NCBI GenBank assembly: GCA_013115125.1
Contig: JABANN010000318.1
Location: 1-39,891, forward strand
Direction: 5' to 3'
From: Perkinsus olseni
Lineage: Eukaryota
DNA: 39,891 bases
Below are positions 11,901 to 24,213 of the stretch, in pieces. Within the stretch, counting starts at the first letter, position 1; every line of letters starts with the position of its first letter. Both the position numbers and the translations under genes were made by a program. The notes beneath the pieces are model-generated. The model was not told the origin of the DNA, ran no database searches, and was given only the letters and a program-made list of their open reading frames with translations.

Positions 11901-12909
11901 TCGAGGCGATGCGTTTTTCAATCTTATCGTAATCACCCGAGCCCAACTTGAGGTTACCGTAGTAACCATCATAGTAAAAACCGTTCTCCAGAGGGGGTCC
12001 TGCAGGTACACGCGTAATGCAGCAGAAGAGTTCAGGCGTACTGCGACTTACCAATGGTCAGATGGCATCCGTACTCCTGCTCCAGGGCCTCACCGAGGAT
12101 ATGGGCACTAGAATGCCAGAAGGTGTCCCTTCCCTCAGGGGTATCGAACTTGAGCAACTCTAGCTTGCAAGATCCCTCCAAAGGCCTCGAAAGATCCCAG
12201 ACGGTCTGACAGGGAGAATCATATTCAACTTGGGATATGCAGCATCGACATTGACGTACCTCCTTCTGCCAGGCCTTCACCATGTTAGCCTGATGGTTCT
12301 CCTCATCATCATCACCCGCCTCGGACCCGACATCAGACTCATCGTCAGCAGCAACAACCTGTATGAATGGTATACAGTAAGAGCAGTGGTCCCCAGCTGG
12401 GAAATACTACCTGGTCCATGCTGTCAACGGGCTCAGTGTAAAGGACCTTAGCGGCCACGACAGAATTGGCCAAGCCCTTCGAGATGCCGAGAGCGATGTC
12501 TAGAGGAGTGGTCTCAAACTTATGGCCCTCCTTCTTTGTGCCATCAGGCAGCTCGATGGTGATAGGGTCCTTGGGGAGAGCAGCAAGACGCTCTTCTTGA
12601 GCGGCATACAGCTTATCGAAAAGCTCAGAGCGCTCCTTCAGGAAAGGTGCCTGCACATTCCGATACTCATCTCAACCTATTTCGAATCTTGCCAGGTGCA
12701 AGCTGAAGATATTCCTCGACTCAACAACATTCTGCCACAACTACCATCACACGCAGCACACCTATCTCCATCACAACCTGATATGCCCATGGTCCCCAGC
12801 TTACTGTGCCGTTGGGATAGATCTTGAAATCACCTTCGAATTTACCAGTCTCATTAAGCCTGGCTCCCTTGCCTTGATAGGTCTTCGTCCTAGTACCGTA
12901 AGATGCCAT
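8974..12909 (-). CDS. TARS: Threonyl-tRNA synthetase, eukaryotic cytosolic type, many introns; ends at 9330 if intron 9301-9362 is retained or at 8974 if it is spliced
   Basis: TGS domain (ITIELPDG...TTPLDIA), editing motifs HSSAH and [66 protein letters not shown] and an anticodon-binding domain. Confidence 0.97.
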
Positions 12910-13065
12910 GATTATGTTGTTGTTGGTAGTAGATGAGTAGGTAGTAGTAGACACAGTGCGCCGAAACGCGGGTATAAAGGAGGAACGCAAGAAGAAGAAG
13001 GTCAACTTAATGAGGATTGGAATAAAACAGGAACCCACCAACCTACAACACTAGCCTGCTGCTGT

Positions 13066-16000
13066 ATGTTGGAGCATCACCATCACCAACAACAGCAGCC
13101 TGATTGGGATTTCTCGCGCGCCCGAGTGATCGATATTCTGCGCACCTTCAAATCGAACGTACTTTGTACCTCGAATATGTCGACTGGCATCTTGGAGGCA
13201 GTGAATCGGCTCAGGGCCGATCCAAGAGGGTTCACGGAGTAAGTTGAACGTGACGTAGAGTGGGCTGGTAGGATGTCGTCCAGGTCGCTTCGGAAAGATC
13301 CCTGCCCTGCTGAGGATGAGGAAGCTGAAGATGGCAACACTCAAGTCGAGTACGGGTGGTTGTTGAATGCCTAGCATGTACCGTAGGAGACCTCTGTAGG
13401 CACAATGAGGACGGTAACGATGAGTATACTGTTCATGATGACTCCCTAGAGGATGCAGCAGTGCCGGCAGTAGCGGCATTAGCGGCAGTAGAGCCTTTAA
13501 AGGCATCATCTAGTAAGTCCCCCAGCCCATAACGCCATGGCCTGCAGTACAAGGTCAGGTCTTACTGCCCTTGCCGCGGAGTGCTGTAGGGAACTAGCCA
13601 ACCGAAGGACGGAAGGGGATGCCCAACGCGAGGAGTATCTAAGGTCAGTAGTGGAAGTAGCTGGCGGGTGGTATTTGACCCCTATGACAGGGAGGCATGT
13701 GTGAAGGCCGGCTACGACTCGGCAGACTGCCTCCCGTTGATGATAACTCTCTCAGCACCAGGCCCGGCTGCTTCTAGTGGTACGTGGCTTACAGTGACTC
13801 GCCCGAGGTTCGATTCTCATGGATCAGGGGACTTGCTGCAATCATGGCTCAGCGGACTCCCTCTACAGGATCGATCCAGCATCATCTCCGAACAGCTCCT
13901 CAATCCCCGTTACACAGTGCTCGGGGCTGCAGCTGACAACTCTGCCGATGATGGTATCCTAGCAGTGAGTATCTTGACGATAGTAACAACAGTCCCTCTA
14001 CCATTACGCACTACAGGTTATCATCCTCTCCAATGGGTCGAAGCCTGCAGAAGATACGCATGGAGAAGCCCCATCGGAGCCCCAACCAGCAGTAGTGGAC
14101 TGGGCTAAGTAAGGCTGTTACACTGGATGGGGTAGCCGAGGGTATCGTCAATTCAGTGTGGTGGAGGCGTCCAAGCCCTCCTCATTACGCGTGCCTGAGG
14201 AGGTCCGGGAGTCCGTCAGTAGATTATCCAAGCCCAGAGGTAGGGCACTTTTTCTCCCTTCTGTAATTATTTGTGGTGGTACTATTAGGTTTTACAGTGT
14301 CCACTACACCCGACGGTGCGTCGTCCGAATCTCCCGAACCGGTGGTGGATCCATGCCAAGTCGCTCAGGGTTATATCCTCAATCGTGTTGTAAGTGAGTA
14401 CCACACCATCAACTCATCACACCATCCCGCAGGTACGAGCATTTGTCTCACAGTGTGACAGCGACGCCGATGGGCGTATAACCGCTGAAGATGTCATCTC
14501 TATGGCGAGGGCTAACGGTTCTCATCGGCCGAAGGCATTGGCATTGGTCGTGGAGAACCTGAAGGACATGATCGCTGACATAGCGGTAGGCCCGCCATGT
14601 CTTGGGTAGTTACCGCTGTACCGGGGCCCGTTTAGAGTAGAAGGCTGAATCGTCCGGTGCGTGGGGCTGCTGAGGCCCAGCCAGCCTTCGCGGACTCCGT
14701 TACGTGGTCGGAGGTCGCGGCTACGATGCGGGAGAGGAAAGAATGGGCGTATCTTGGTGAGCGTGAAGTGCATGCTTCGACCAGGATAGACAATCTCAGC
14801 AAACATTGGGTATATCGGAGGAACAAGTGAGAGGTCCTCTTATCCCTTGGTGGCACTTGATGAGTTCGTGTAAGATACGCTAGCCTGTGGATACTAGCTC
14901 TCTCGGTCTGCGGCTTTAAGGCCTTCGTACCAATTGGTGATCGCAGCTCCCGTGTGAAGGGTGCCCAGCAGCCGAAGGGTCAGGATGGCAACCTCAACCC
15001 GTGGACAGCGACTATGAGGAAGGAAGCCATCGCGCGACGCCTCTCTCCTCGTCCTCATCAATATCCCAACGGCGGTAGGGTACAACTTCGAACTTTGGGC
15101 CCACACCCATCCTTAGGGATGTTCGTGTTGAGAGAATCTGCTCATCATGCGGTTGACAAGGCACCTCAATGGGAAGAGGAAAGGGAATTCTATCAGAACA
15201 CGGTCAATGGCGATGTAAAACAGCACTTCCCTGCTGGGCCAGAGTGCCTCCTCATCAGGAGACGTCGCTAGGCCCGGCACGCTACACGTTCGGCGAAGTG
15301 CGCACCTTCGATGGTCACTGTAGTATAATGCAGAACCGATCGGATGAGGCGAAGGCCGGTAGATCTATTCCAGCTGGCCTGCGGCCCACGCCTGGTGGAA
15401 GCACTGGGAAGACCCATCTCACACACTTCCACAACTCATGTAGCAACCGACCTTCCCCAGACTGGACTGTAGCCTCGATCGGGCAGGTTCGGTCCCGGCT
15501 AGACGAGAGTCTTCTGATGATCATCCTCCGTGTTCCAGAGCTTACTACGGCATGGCTACCCTACAGGTAACTCATCAGTAGCCCTCTCGTTCGGCCGAAC
15601 GATGCTTCTTAGCACGATCCTGGCCCCTACGATGATAAAAACGCCTGCCAAGCAGGGGATAGTCTGAAGCCTGACTATCGTTTATCGAGGATGACCAAGG
15701 CGGACCGAGAGGCTGTCTGGGATACGGTTACACTCCCTAGACGAGCTCAGCGGCAGTATGAGGTAACGAAGGGCATAGGTCAAACAGGGTATAGGGTAAA
15801 CAGCGTAACTATGTCCGGAAATATCGCAGTCCGAATACTTTGATCCGCGCCTGTTAGCCCGTTGAGTGAAGTAGCTTCTTCTGATAGAGCAGCTGCAGAG
15901 TAGGGAGTGATAGAAAGTTTCTGTTAGGAACCAGCTTATTGGAGGGGTGTGTGCACAGCTCTCTTAGGAACGCCGTCATGACCAGCTACATGGGCGAGCT

Positions 16001-16698
16001 CACCTCGTTGGACGCTATGACGGAACTCCATCGACCTCATCCTTCCGAGAGGACAACCCAGCCCGTCATGGTACTCATGGGCGTCGGGTTTATGATACAC
16101 AAGTAGGGTTATCGAAGTCCGATGGGTATGATAGACCGAGTGTTGCAGGTCCGCCCTGAGCCTTTGCCACCGGCTATCTCCGGGATAGATTCTGTGCCTG
16201 TGGAAGGCATTCTCAGGTATAGGGGAAAGAGTGGTATGGCTGATAATGTATTGCTGCTCAGACGACAGGAAAGTGAATACGAGAAGGGGCTTAGAGACAG
16301 AGGGTTAGGTCCCGGCTTCCGGCAGTACATGCCCAGGGCCAATGAGCCGAGAAGCAAGTACCACAATATGGCAACACGGGAGTGAGGGTGACTGTTGATG
16401 TAGGAATTATACCAACTTTCCCACTGCTCTTCAGCCTCGGTCTTGATGCTATAATACACGATAAGCCCCGTCCTGAGACAGCGATTCAGAGAGACAGAGA
16501 GTACAGGCCCTTCGCGACCTTCACAAGGCCCCTTGATGCCAGTGGTAGTGACGCCCTCTGCCTGTGTAGTTTACCATTATATCCCCGTCTACAGATATGG
16601 ACCGCCGAATACCCGTGGGGCCTCTGCCCTGCTGTAAGACGCTTAAGCGTCGAGTTATACGTAGTTATAGTGCTGCCATGCTGCCGTGTATTAAGTGA
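13066..16698 (+). CDS. Multi-exon protein with a divergent CAP/SCP-like N-terminus and an EF-hand; the 3' part may be a separate gene
   Basis: Manual splicing gives MLEHHHHQQQQ...LEAVNRLRADPRGF, LAAVEPLKASS/SLTALAAECCREL and LLNPRYTVLGAA, which are CAP-like. In-frame GT-AG joins lead to a canonical EF-loop DSDADGRITAED at about 14457-14492. Confidence 0.55.
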
Positions 16699-16789
16699 TG
16701 TTCCTCCTTGCTCCCTACCCTGTTGTCGTTCGCAGTCATCAGACCTAGCGGCCATCGGCGGATGATGTAGTGTCCTCATCACCATCCTC

Positions 16790-19396
16790 ATGCCTACTAC
16801 CCAAGTGGAGTTCTCCTCGCCAGTGCTGCAGCTTGATACCAAGTTCTGGCGGGAGCTAGCCGACTACAAGCTGAACGTCCAGCGGCTGGGGATCTCGGCG
16901 ATACCAACTTCTGGGGAGATCCCATCTCACGACCTCTCCAGGATTTTGTGTAAACACACCAGACACGTGCTGTTGCCAAGCGGGGGGGCCTTGCAGGTTC
17001 GGGTCTGAAGGAGGTAGAGCAGTCCAACCTCAATGGCTCCTGCTCCTGCTCGGGTCGAGTATACAACTACAATACCATACAGGATTTTGCTAGGGTAGAC
17101 CGGCAATCCATCCTTAGTAAGTGCCGCCGCCGCCTCGTGGCTCCCGACCATTACTGTCTTCAGATTCACTCTCCCATAGTATCCTTTCAGCAGCCTTTTC
17201 TTCATCATCAGATCCGCAACCGGTAAGATGTCGGGCCTGCTGTCTACTCACCTAGTGGGGCATCACAGTTACTCTATTTTGTTGTTATCTGTTACGCCGA
17301 CCTCAAAAACTTCAAGTTTACCTACAACTGCGCCGTTCCTCGGCTCACCTTCAAGACCCCCCTAATCGTGACCTCGTCGACAGCAGCTGCGGACCCCATC
17401 GAGACCAGTACCCTCTCTCGACTCTCGAAGGCGATGGTGCTACTCCGACACGAGGATGGCACTCTGTCCAACCTCAGTAGGGCGGCAGTGTGTAAGGGAG
17501 GCGTGTAGAACCTTCTCTCTTCCTCAGGCGAGAGGCCGACAAGCCCAATAGCGGAAGTCCTCGTCCTAGTGGATGCAGCTCTGCCTCAGCCCAGCTCTGA
17601 GCTCTCTGCTGTTACTTTACCGTGGTACATGTCCACCATCTTGGTCGCTATCATGAGCCGTCTCCAAGGCGCTGCTCAGCACTCGGTCCATATCATCAGA
17701 CTGGTGCATCAGCGTGGGGGGGCCTCTATCGAGATCACAGTTGAGGGGCCTACTGATGTATGGTGCCATTATCATCACTAGAGTGTGTTATTAAGGCTGC
17801 CTTCATTTCAGCTTGAGGCCTCTGTGGACTGTGTACCAGGATGGGTAGCCTTCCCGGGTCCTCAAGGGAAGCCTAGCGTGACCACTAGTGAGTTGTCGTC
17901 TTGCCGTCTCCAACATGCAGTTCGTTGACTGCCTGTTTCAGCGCTTGACTTGAAGAGCGTTATGGACCCGGTGGCGTTGGCCGTCTCGGCGACTGACCTC
18001 AACGTCAGGCTGATGCAGTGGAGGGTTCTGCCATCTCTGGACCCAGACCGCATCATGAACTTGAGGTTACTTTCAATACGGGACCAGTGGAAGGAGTAGC
18101 AGCAGACTGCCTTTTAGATGCCTCCTCATTGGAGCTGGCACGCTAGGCTGCGCTGTCAGTCGTACACTACTAGGGTGGGGTGTTAAGCATATAACCTTCG
18201 TTGACAGCGGCCATGTGAGTAAAGATCTGTGCTGCCCTCCTCAGCATTTGCCCACTCGGTTTTCAGGTCTCTTTCAGCAACCCAGCACGGCAGAATCTAT
18301 TCACTTACGAGGATGCTGTAGAGAGACGCCCAAAGGCAGAGGCAGCAGCAGCCAGGCTGAGCGAGGTCGTGCCGGGTCTCAACGTCCGAGGGATACAGCT
18401 AGAGGTGGTCAGATAAGAAGCTCATGCAACCACATCTGACTTCCTGCTGTGACAGGTTCCGATGCCAGGCAAGAGCACTATCAGTGGGGGTGATGTAGCA
18501 GGCGTAGTGGAGGAGCTGGACGCCCTCATAGCAGCTCATGACGTTGTGTACCTCCTTACGGACAGCAGGGAGAGCCGGTAGGGCCGCCGCTGCCTTGCCT
18601 TTTGGGATCCATCACCGTCACCAGTTGGTTGCCCACCGTGATGATTGCTGCCAAGGCCAAGAGCAAGGGCTCCCTGGGAGTATCTGTCGCTTTAGGCTTC
18701 GACTCCTACTTGGTTAAAGTCCAGTCCTATGGAGGTGAGGAGCCTCCCACCACCACCTAGCATCATTCTCGTCTCTCAGACCGCAGCTCTGCCTGTTACT
18801 TCTGCAATGACGTCTCGGCCCCCAGCGACTCCACATCCTTCCGGACCCTCGATCAGATGTGCACCGTTACTCGGCCTGGCCTCGGTAGAGTAGACGGCTC
18901 CTCGTCTTGATCATTCTGTCGTCTCAGCTCCGTTAGCTTCGGCAACTGCAGTGGAGCTGGTAGCGACACTTACCCAGCGTGATGGCTTCGAACAATTTCG
19001 AACGGTCGATGATGATGGAGGCAACGCCCTAGGTGCCACTCCCGACCAGATACGGTAGTCCTGCCCCCGCTTGAAAGGGTCTAGTGGATACACTCTCTCT
19101 CAGAGGGTTCCTGGGCAACTGGCAGCAGGTCCCCGCCGTCACCCAAGCCTTCGATCGGTGTGTGGCGTGTTCAAATGCCATCATCACCGAGTACACCACC
19201 AGAGGAGCATCCTTCGTTGCGGAGTGTACAGCTGATGCAGCAGTGAGGGACCGTCTGAGTGCATCTGGGGACCATGGCTCTGGTCGTGAATTCACAGGTT
19301 TTGGGCGAAAAGTCGGGCCTGGCGGAAATGCTGGTAGCAGCGGAACGAGCTGAAGATGACCTCCTGGCGTTTGGCATTGATGACGATGATTTTTGA
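16790..19396 (+). CDS. ATG7: E1-like autophagy enzyme ATG7, multi-exon
   Basis: [80 protein letters not shown]...[13 protein letters not shown] (catalytic Cys) and FDRCVACS. Stop TGA at 19394-19396. Confidence 0.96.
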
Positions 19397-20530
19397 ATGT
19401 TTTCACATGACCTCGGTAGTCTCGCTGTTGAGTGTATTAAAGTGGTCGACGAGGGCGATAGGCAAAGGGTGGAGGACGGCGTGTCGCGACTGAGTAAACA
19501 GCGGAGAAGATATAGGTCTGCATGGCACCCTATAACACCTAGCCTTGCTAAAGCAAGAGCCCGCCGTGGTTTCGTGGAATGGGAAGCAATCTTGGAGCGA
19601 AGCAAGCGAGAATTTACAGTTTGGTCTCCTCTATGAGAATCCCACACTGCCTGACAGCAATCCTACGGAGGAGGATCGGCCTGAGCGAAACTTTCACGCA
19701 GAGCCTTTCAGCGCACAAGAAGCAATTCTTGCGCGCCAGATAATACAAGAAAGTCGCGGTAGTTCAATGAACTTCAACGCTAAAGCTAGCCAGAGGCTAG
19801 CAACAGGTACAATCATGAAGCCATGCTTATAATAATGGCGGATGCGAGCTCGGCCCAGCCGTCCGCTCCCTAGATGTCGAGGTAGGATACGAGAGACTGC
19901 TGACTCAACCCGGACCAGGTATGGAGTCTGGCAGCTCTCGTGTCCTACTGAACCGTGGGGGCTTCCTACTACTAGTTGGCTACAAACGCAGGCTACTGCC
20001 TGGTTACCGGCTCTGACACTGATGAAGGTCAAACAGGCCAGAGCAGAGCCAGATAGGGTTCACACTCCTAACCTCTGCAACATGGGAATTTGTGGACGAT
20101 AGTGAGAGCGTTTGATGAGTCCTCCCATGATAATCGGGAGTTCGAATCCCGGTCGGAGCATAAAAGCAGCGCTGTGAGGTAACCTTACTACCGAAGAAAA
20201 CGAATGTCAGCCTTCCCCGTCGCCCACTAACTTCATTACGACCAACCAAACACAGATTCGGCAGTTTGAAATGTACCAAACGTAACAGTAGACAGCAATG
20301 GTTGTTGTTGTAAATATGATGCTGCAAGTGTGGTGACGAGAGGATGAGCTCTTCAACCTCTCTCTCGACACTTTAATAGGATATCACGCTGTTCGCCCCA
20401 CAATTTGCTAAGCTGCATTATCAGTCGGGTTAAACGCTGAACAGACAAGAAGCAATCACCATATCCCGCGGAGGGCAAGTCGAGCTCAACAAGCTAGCCC
20501 GAGAAGCTGTGGCGAAGGGTTAGGGGAGCA

Positions 20531-21685
20531 TCACAGCCCCGGCTTCTCCGACGGACAACCCTGTAATACCTGCGCCTCCCGGTCACTCTCCTCTATCTCC
20601 TTCAAGCAGCACGCTTTGAGCTCCCGTGCTGTGGCCTCAGTACCTGCACAGTCTCCTCTGCCACGCCCAGACGTAGACTCCGTATTACACATGGCCCGCC
20701 ACAATGAATCGCCATTGGATATACCGTTGGACTGCATAAACCACTTGGCCGATGATGGTGCTCCTTCCAATCGTGGCGCAGGTTCCCGAGATGGTGTAGT
20801 GAGCTCAGTGAGTACCTTCTCGAAGCTGTCCTTGAGAGGATGTCTAGGAGGTGGTGGAGGGGCCTGCACAGAGGAAAGTTGCCCTCCGCTCTGATGAAGC
20901 CGCGCAGTTATTCTTGAACCCCCGGGTCTCACCAAAACGACCCGCATCGTTTTCAACTTCTCCTCTTCGACCACGTGCTTGGGTCTGTGCATAGATTCAG
21001 GAGAGCCATTCCTGTCATCACCAACTCGCCGCCGCTTGGACGTGGAGTTGGGTGGAGGCTTTGTCGGTTTACTCCAAGCCTCTCTCAGTCCAGTCAAGTA
21101 CTTGGCAGAGTAAACCTATCATCATGCCGTATTAACCTCCATCCACACTAGTGTATAGTACCCGCCGTTTGAGCCAGATGTCTAGGGTACGCAAATAGGG
21201 CTTCTTATCGTGAGGTGACAAGTTAGCGACGAAGCTGCACATGTTAGGGTTGAGGAACTTCTCGGCTCCCTGAGGACACCCTACCTCACAGACCCGACAC
21301 ACTGCTCACTTACTGCTTGCAAGAGGCTTTGATTGCCCGTTCGACTCCGTTGTACAATCTCATTAAAGACGTAGAAGATGCTGAGCTTATGGTTGATATG
21401 CCGACTGTGGGCATGTTCCTCTGCTAGGATTTGACACACTTCCGCCGACAGGGACGGCATATCACCGATTATCCTGAGCGAAAACCGCATCATAATAGGA
21501 GGGCAGCGCTACGGTAGCGAGCCTGGGACCACCCCTGCATACTACTTAGCAACCCCAACGATAGCCTCTTGGGTGCCTGCCACTTCCCTCAGCTTTTTAC
21601 GTAGATGGTCTAGTGCCCGAACCTGCTGCTCGTTTAAACTTCTTTTCGGCACTTTTCCTGCCGGACTAGATGACGGAGATGACAT
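20531..21685 (-). CDS. CID (RNA Pol II CTD-interacting) domain protein, RPRD1/Rtt103-like
   Basis: LRKKLREVAGTQEAIVGVAK, HKLSIFYVFNEIVQRSR and PYLRTLDIWLKR match CID helices. C-terminus is low-complexity with an NLS-like KRRR. Confidence 0.75.
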
Positions 21686-22584
21686 AGAAAACTGCCAATG
21701 ACTCCGGCATACCGCCTTTTCCCCTTCTCGCCGACTCCTCAGCGGAAGCCCTTTGCACTCGTCCCAAACTGTAACACTAGTAGAACGCAACTCGGGGGGA
21801 CAATGGAAGCTTTTATAATGTATGAACATCATGGTAGTGAATCTCACCGGAACACTACAGAGGAGACGCAAACAACCAGAGGTGTCTGACAAGGGAATGC
21901 CGCGTCAGGTAGAGGGCGAGACCCCCATCCTGTAGGGGGTTCTCAAACTCATGTATCCCATAAGCCTTCAAGGCTTAGCCTTGTAACCTACAACCTAGTG
22001 CTTTTGTATTATCTCTTCGGAACAACTGTCATGGAAGCGTTCGAAGCTCAACCCCGTAGCATTCCGACTTGTGTACCGACACATCAACGGTGTCGTGCGC
22101 TTGCAATTACCACCCTCAACTCCACGATCCAGCGACCAGTAGCTCCCCCAACACTTCTCAGGTACGTCCTCAGATTTTTGTCTGGAAGTGAGGAGGTCTA
22201 ACTTTTTTCAGAGTGGAAACGGAATTATACACGTCTGACATGGTAGATTGGAGGTTTTAATTGAAGTAATGAGAAGAGACAGCTGACGGGCCTCAATCGC
22301 GCAAGATTCTACAACATAACTCGCTCGCCGCCTAGCCACTGGACACGTGCCGATAAAAACTCGGTGTGTTACTGCGTAGTGCAGGGCATGATCGAACTTC
22401 ATGATTATAAACTTAGTCATACTCATCTGACACCATAGAGGATCGGCTGGCTTAGGGCTTTGCTCGTGTCTTCCTGTAAGACTCTACTTCTTTCGAGTCA
22501 ACAAGATAGCTTTGCTCCGCAGTCTCGCTGCCTCATCGTGCTCCTGCTCCTCATCATCACAATCAGAGTTGTCGCTCACTTCGT

Positions 22585-23877
22585 ATGCTGCCCGTCGGCC
22601 ACTTGTTCGTCGCCCTATTAGTCTTCACAGCTGAGTCCTTGGTCGTGGACGATAACTGCCAATCCATCTGCGACGGTATCGCCGATTGCCCTCATTCTAC
22701 CTGCAACACAATAGCTGTCCCCTCGTACTGTACTGGTATCTATACTGACAACAACGGCACCGTCTGCTACTCGGACGGCGACCCTGCATGCTTCTCTCAA
22801 CAAGTACAGTGCTCTCCTCTTTCTCGGGACAATATGCCAGACGCCAGAAGGCTTACCAATAGGATTTTACCTGCTAAGGGATGCCCTGCTAAACTTGTAG
22901 ACGTGGACGTGTTCTGGTGGAGTGAATGGCCAACCTTGCCTAGTAACAGTCAGGAAGAGTATGCTGCTTATTACAAGCGTCTTTACAAACTCCTGTCGAG
23001 TAACTGCGTTTACATGCGAGTCAAGAAGCTCATTTTACGCGTATTGGATCCACAGTACCCTCCTTATGATACCGCGAAAGTGTGGTATCCCAACAATGAT
23101 GTAACCCAAAGTGCTATGTTCACTGAGCTGCTAAGTAAACTCGAATACACTTCAGTCGAGGAGATAGAGTTCCTCCCTTACGTCTACGACCAACGTTCGC
23201 GTTCATCGTGGATGGAATGGTCGCAAGACGGCAAGAGAGTTATGGCTGGTGCCTACGCTTTTGCCGCCGAGTACAATAAGCACCTTCCTGCTGGTGTCAA
23301 GATTACTGGGGTTACAGTCGACTACCAGGAGCTCAACAAGGCCCCTATCGAGTATGCTATGCTAAGTAACCCGAGTGGTGAGCGCACCTTTAAGGGTGGT
23401 CATACTGATATCAAGTTCGGTATAGCTTTCGGGCTAAGAGATGTCGGCAAGATTATATCTTTTTCATGGACCGACAACTTCTACCTCGAAATGTATGATT
23501 TGGGATTCAAAGAATCCCCTTTTCTTAGATACAAGAATAAACCATCCCAGTTCATAGAATTCCTGACCTCCCAAGTGCTGGGGAAAAATCTCATTAGAGT
23601 TTACAATCAGTATGATGAAAAAATAAATCTCATGTGGTCGCTGCAATCTGAAGGCCTTCCATGTATGTATCCTTTACCTGTTACGGACCTAAGGTGTGGT
23701 AGTAATACTGATTTTGGACACTGGAGTACCAACGCCCTCAACACCTTTTTGAGGACAGTCCTTCAGGGTTTGGGCACGCGCGGTCTCCATCAGGGCGTGT
23801 ATCAGATGGATTTCTATCCATCGGCTATGGCCCCTACTGGTCTGAAGGGATGCTATAGTGCAAGGTGCCATTGGTAG
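22585..23877 (+). CDS. Intronless secreted protein, 430 aa: signal peptide, 8-Cys module, alpha/beta domain
   Basis: Uninterrupted ORF with hydrophobic N-terminus MLPVGHLFVALLVFTAES and eight Cys in residues ~25-76. Confidence 0.88.
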   Translation: MLPVGHLFVALLVFTAESLVVDDNCQSICDGIADCPHSTCNTIAVPSYCTGIYTDNNGTVCYSDGDPACFSQQVQCSPLSRDNMPDARRLTNRILPAKGCPAKLVDVDVFWWSEWPTLPSNSQEEYAAYYKRLYKLLSSNCVYMRVKKLILRVLDPQYPPYDTAKVWYPNNDVTQSAMFTELLSKLEYTSVEEIEFLPYVYDQRSRSSWMEWSQDGKRVMAGAYAFAAEYNKHLPAGVKITGVTVDYQELNKAPIEYAMLSNPSGERTFKGGHTDIKFGIAFGLRDVGKIISFSWTDNFYLEMYDLGFKESPFLRYKNKPSQFIEFLTSQVLGKNLIRVYNQYDEKINLMWSLQSEGLPCMYPLPVTDLRCGSNTDFGHWSTNALNTFLRTVLQGLGTRGLHQGVYQMDFYPSAMAPTGLKGCYSARCHW

Positions 23878-24213
23878 GCTACCAATGGTTGCTGCTGCCT
23901 TGCTCTCGGTATTTACTTTTTACTAGCCGCCCATTGTAGGCAGGTCCTTCGATAGCTCGATCAACATCATCATCACTTCCGTCGGTCTTCAACACTATTC
24001 CTGTCGTCAGTCATGTAATGCAGTGCAGATTTCATATTGGTATTCATATCAGAAAGCCAAACATGTTTCAAGTCGGCCTCGTCAACAGAGGGTTGAGTTC
24101 GCATAGAGGTGGCATATCTACAGTTCGTCATATTCCACAGGATGCTCCGGATCAACTCCCTCCGGGCCCTCTCCCAATTCACTGTGTAGTACTTTGTTAT
24201 TGAATCGATAAGA

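Noticed and set aside
13051-13509. Minus-strand ORFs with a signal-peptide-like start or a CCCW end
   Set aside because: Antisense shadows of the plus-strand CAP-like gene, which has consistent splice sites.
21168-21180. CATCTGGCTCAAA, resembling the Perkinsus spliced leader
   Set aside because: Lies within coding sequence (DIWLK) of the CID gene and is only a partial match.
21915-21980. Intergenic hairpin and the palindrome TAAGCCTT-C-AAGGCTTA
   Set aside because: Short inverted repeats of this size are expected occasionally in 40 kb, and there is no supporting context.
23973-24182. 69-codon minus-strand ORF upstream of IscA
   Set aside because: TTG start, no motif and no other support.
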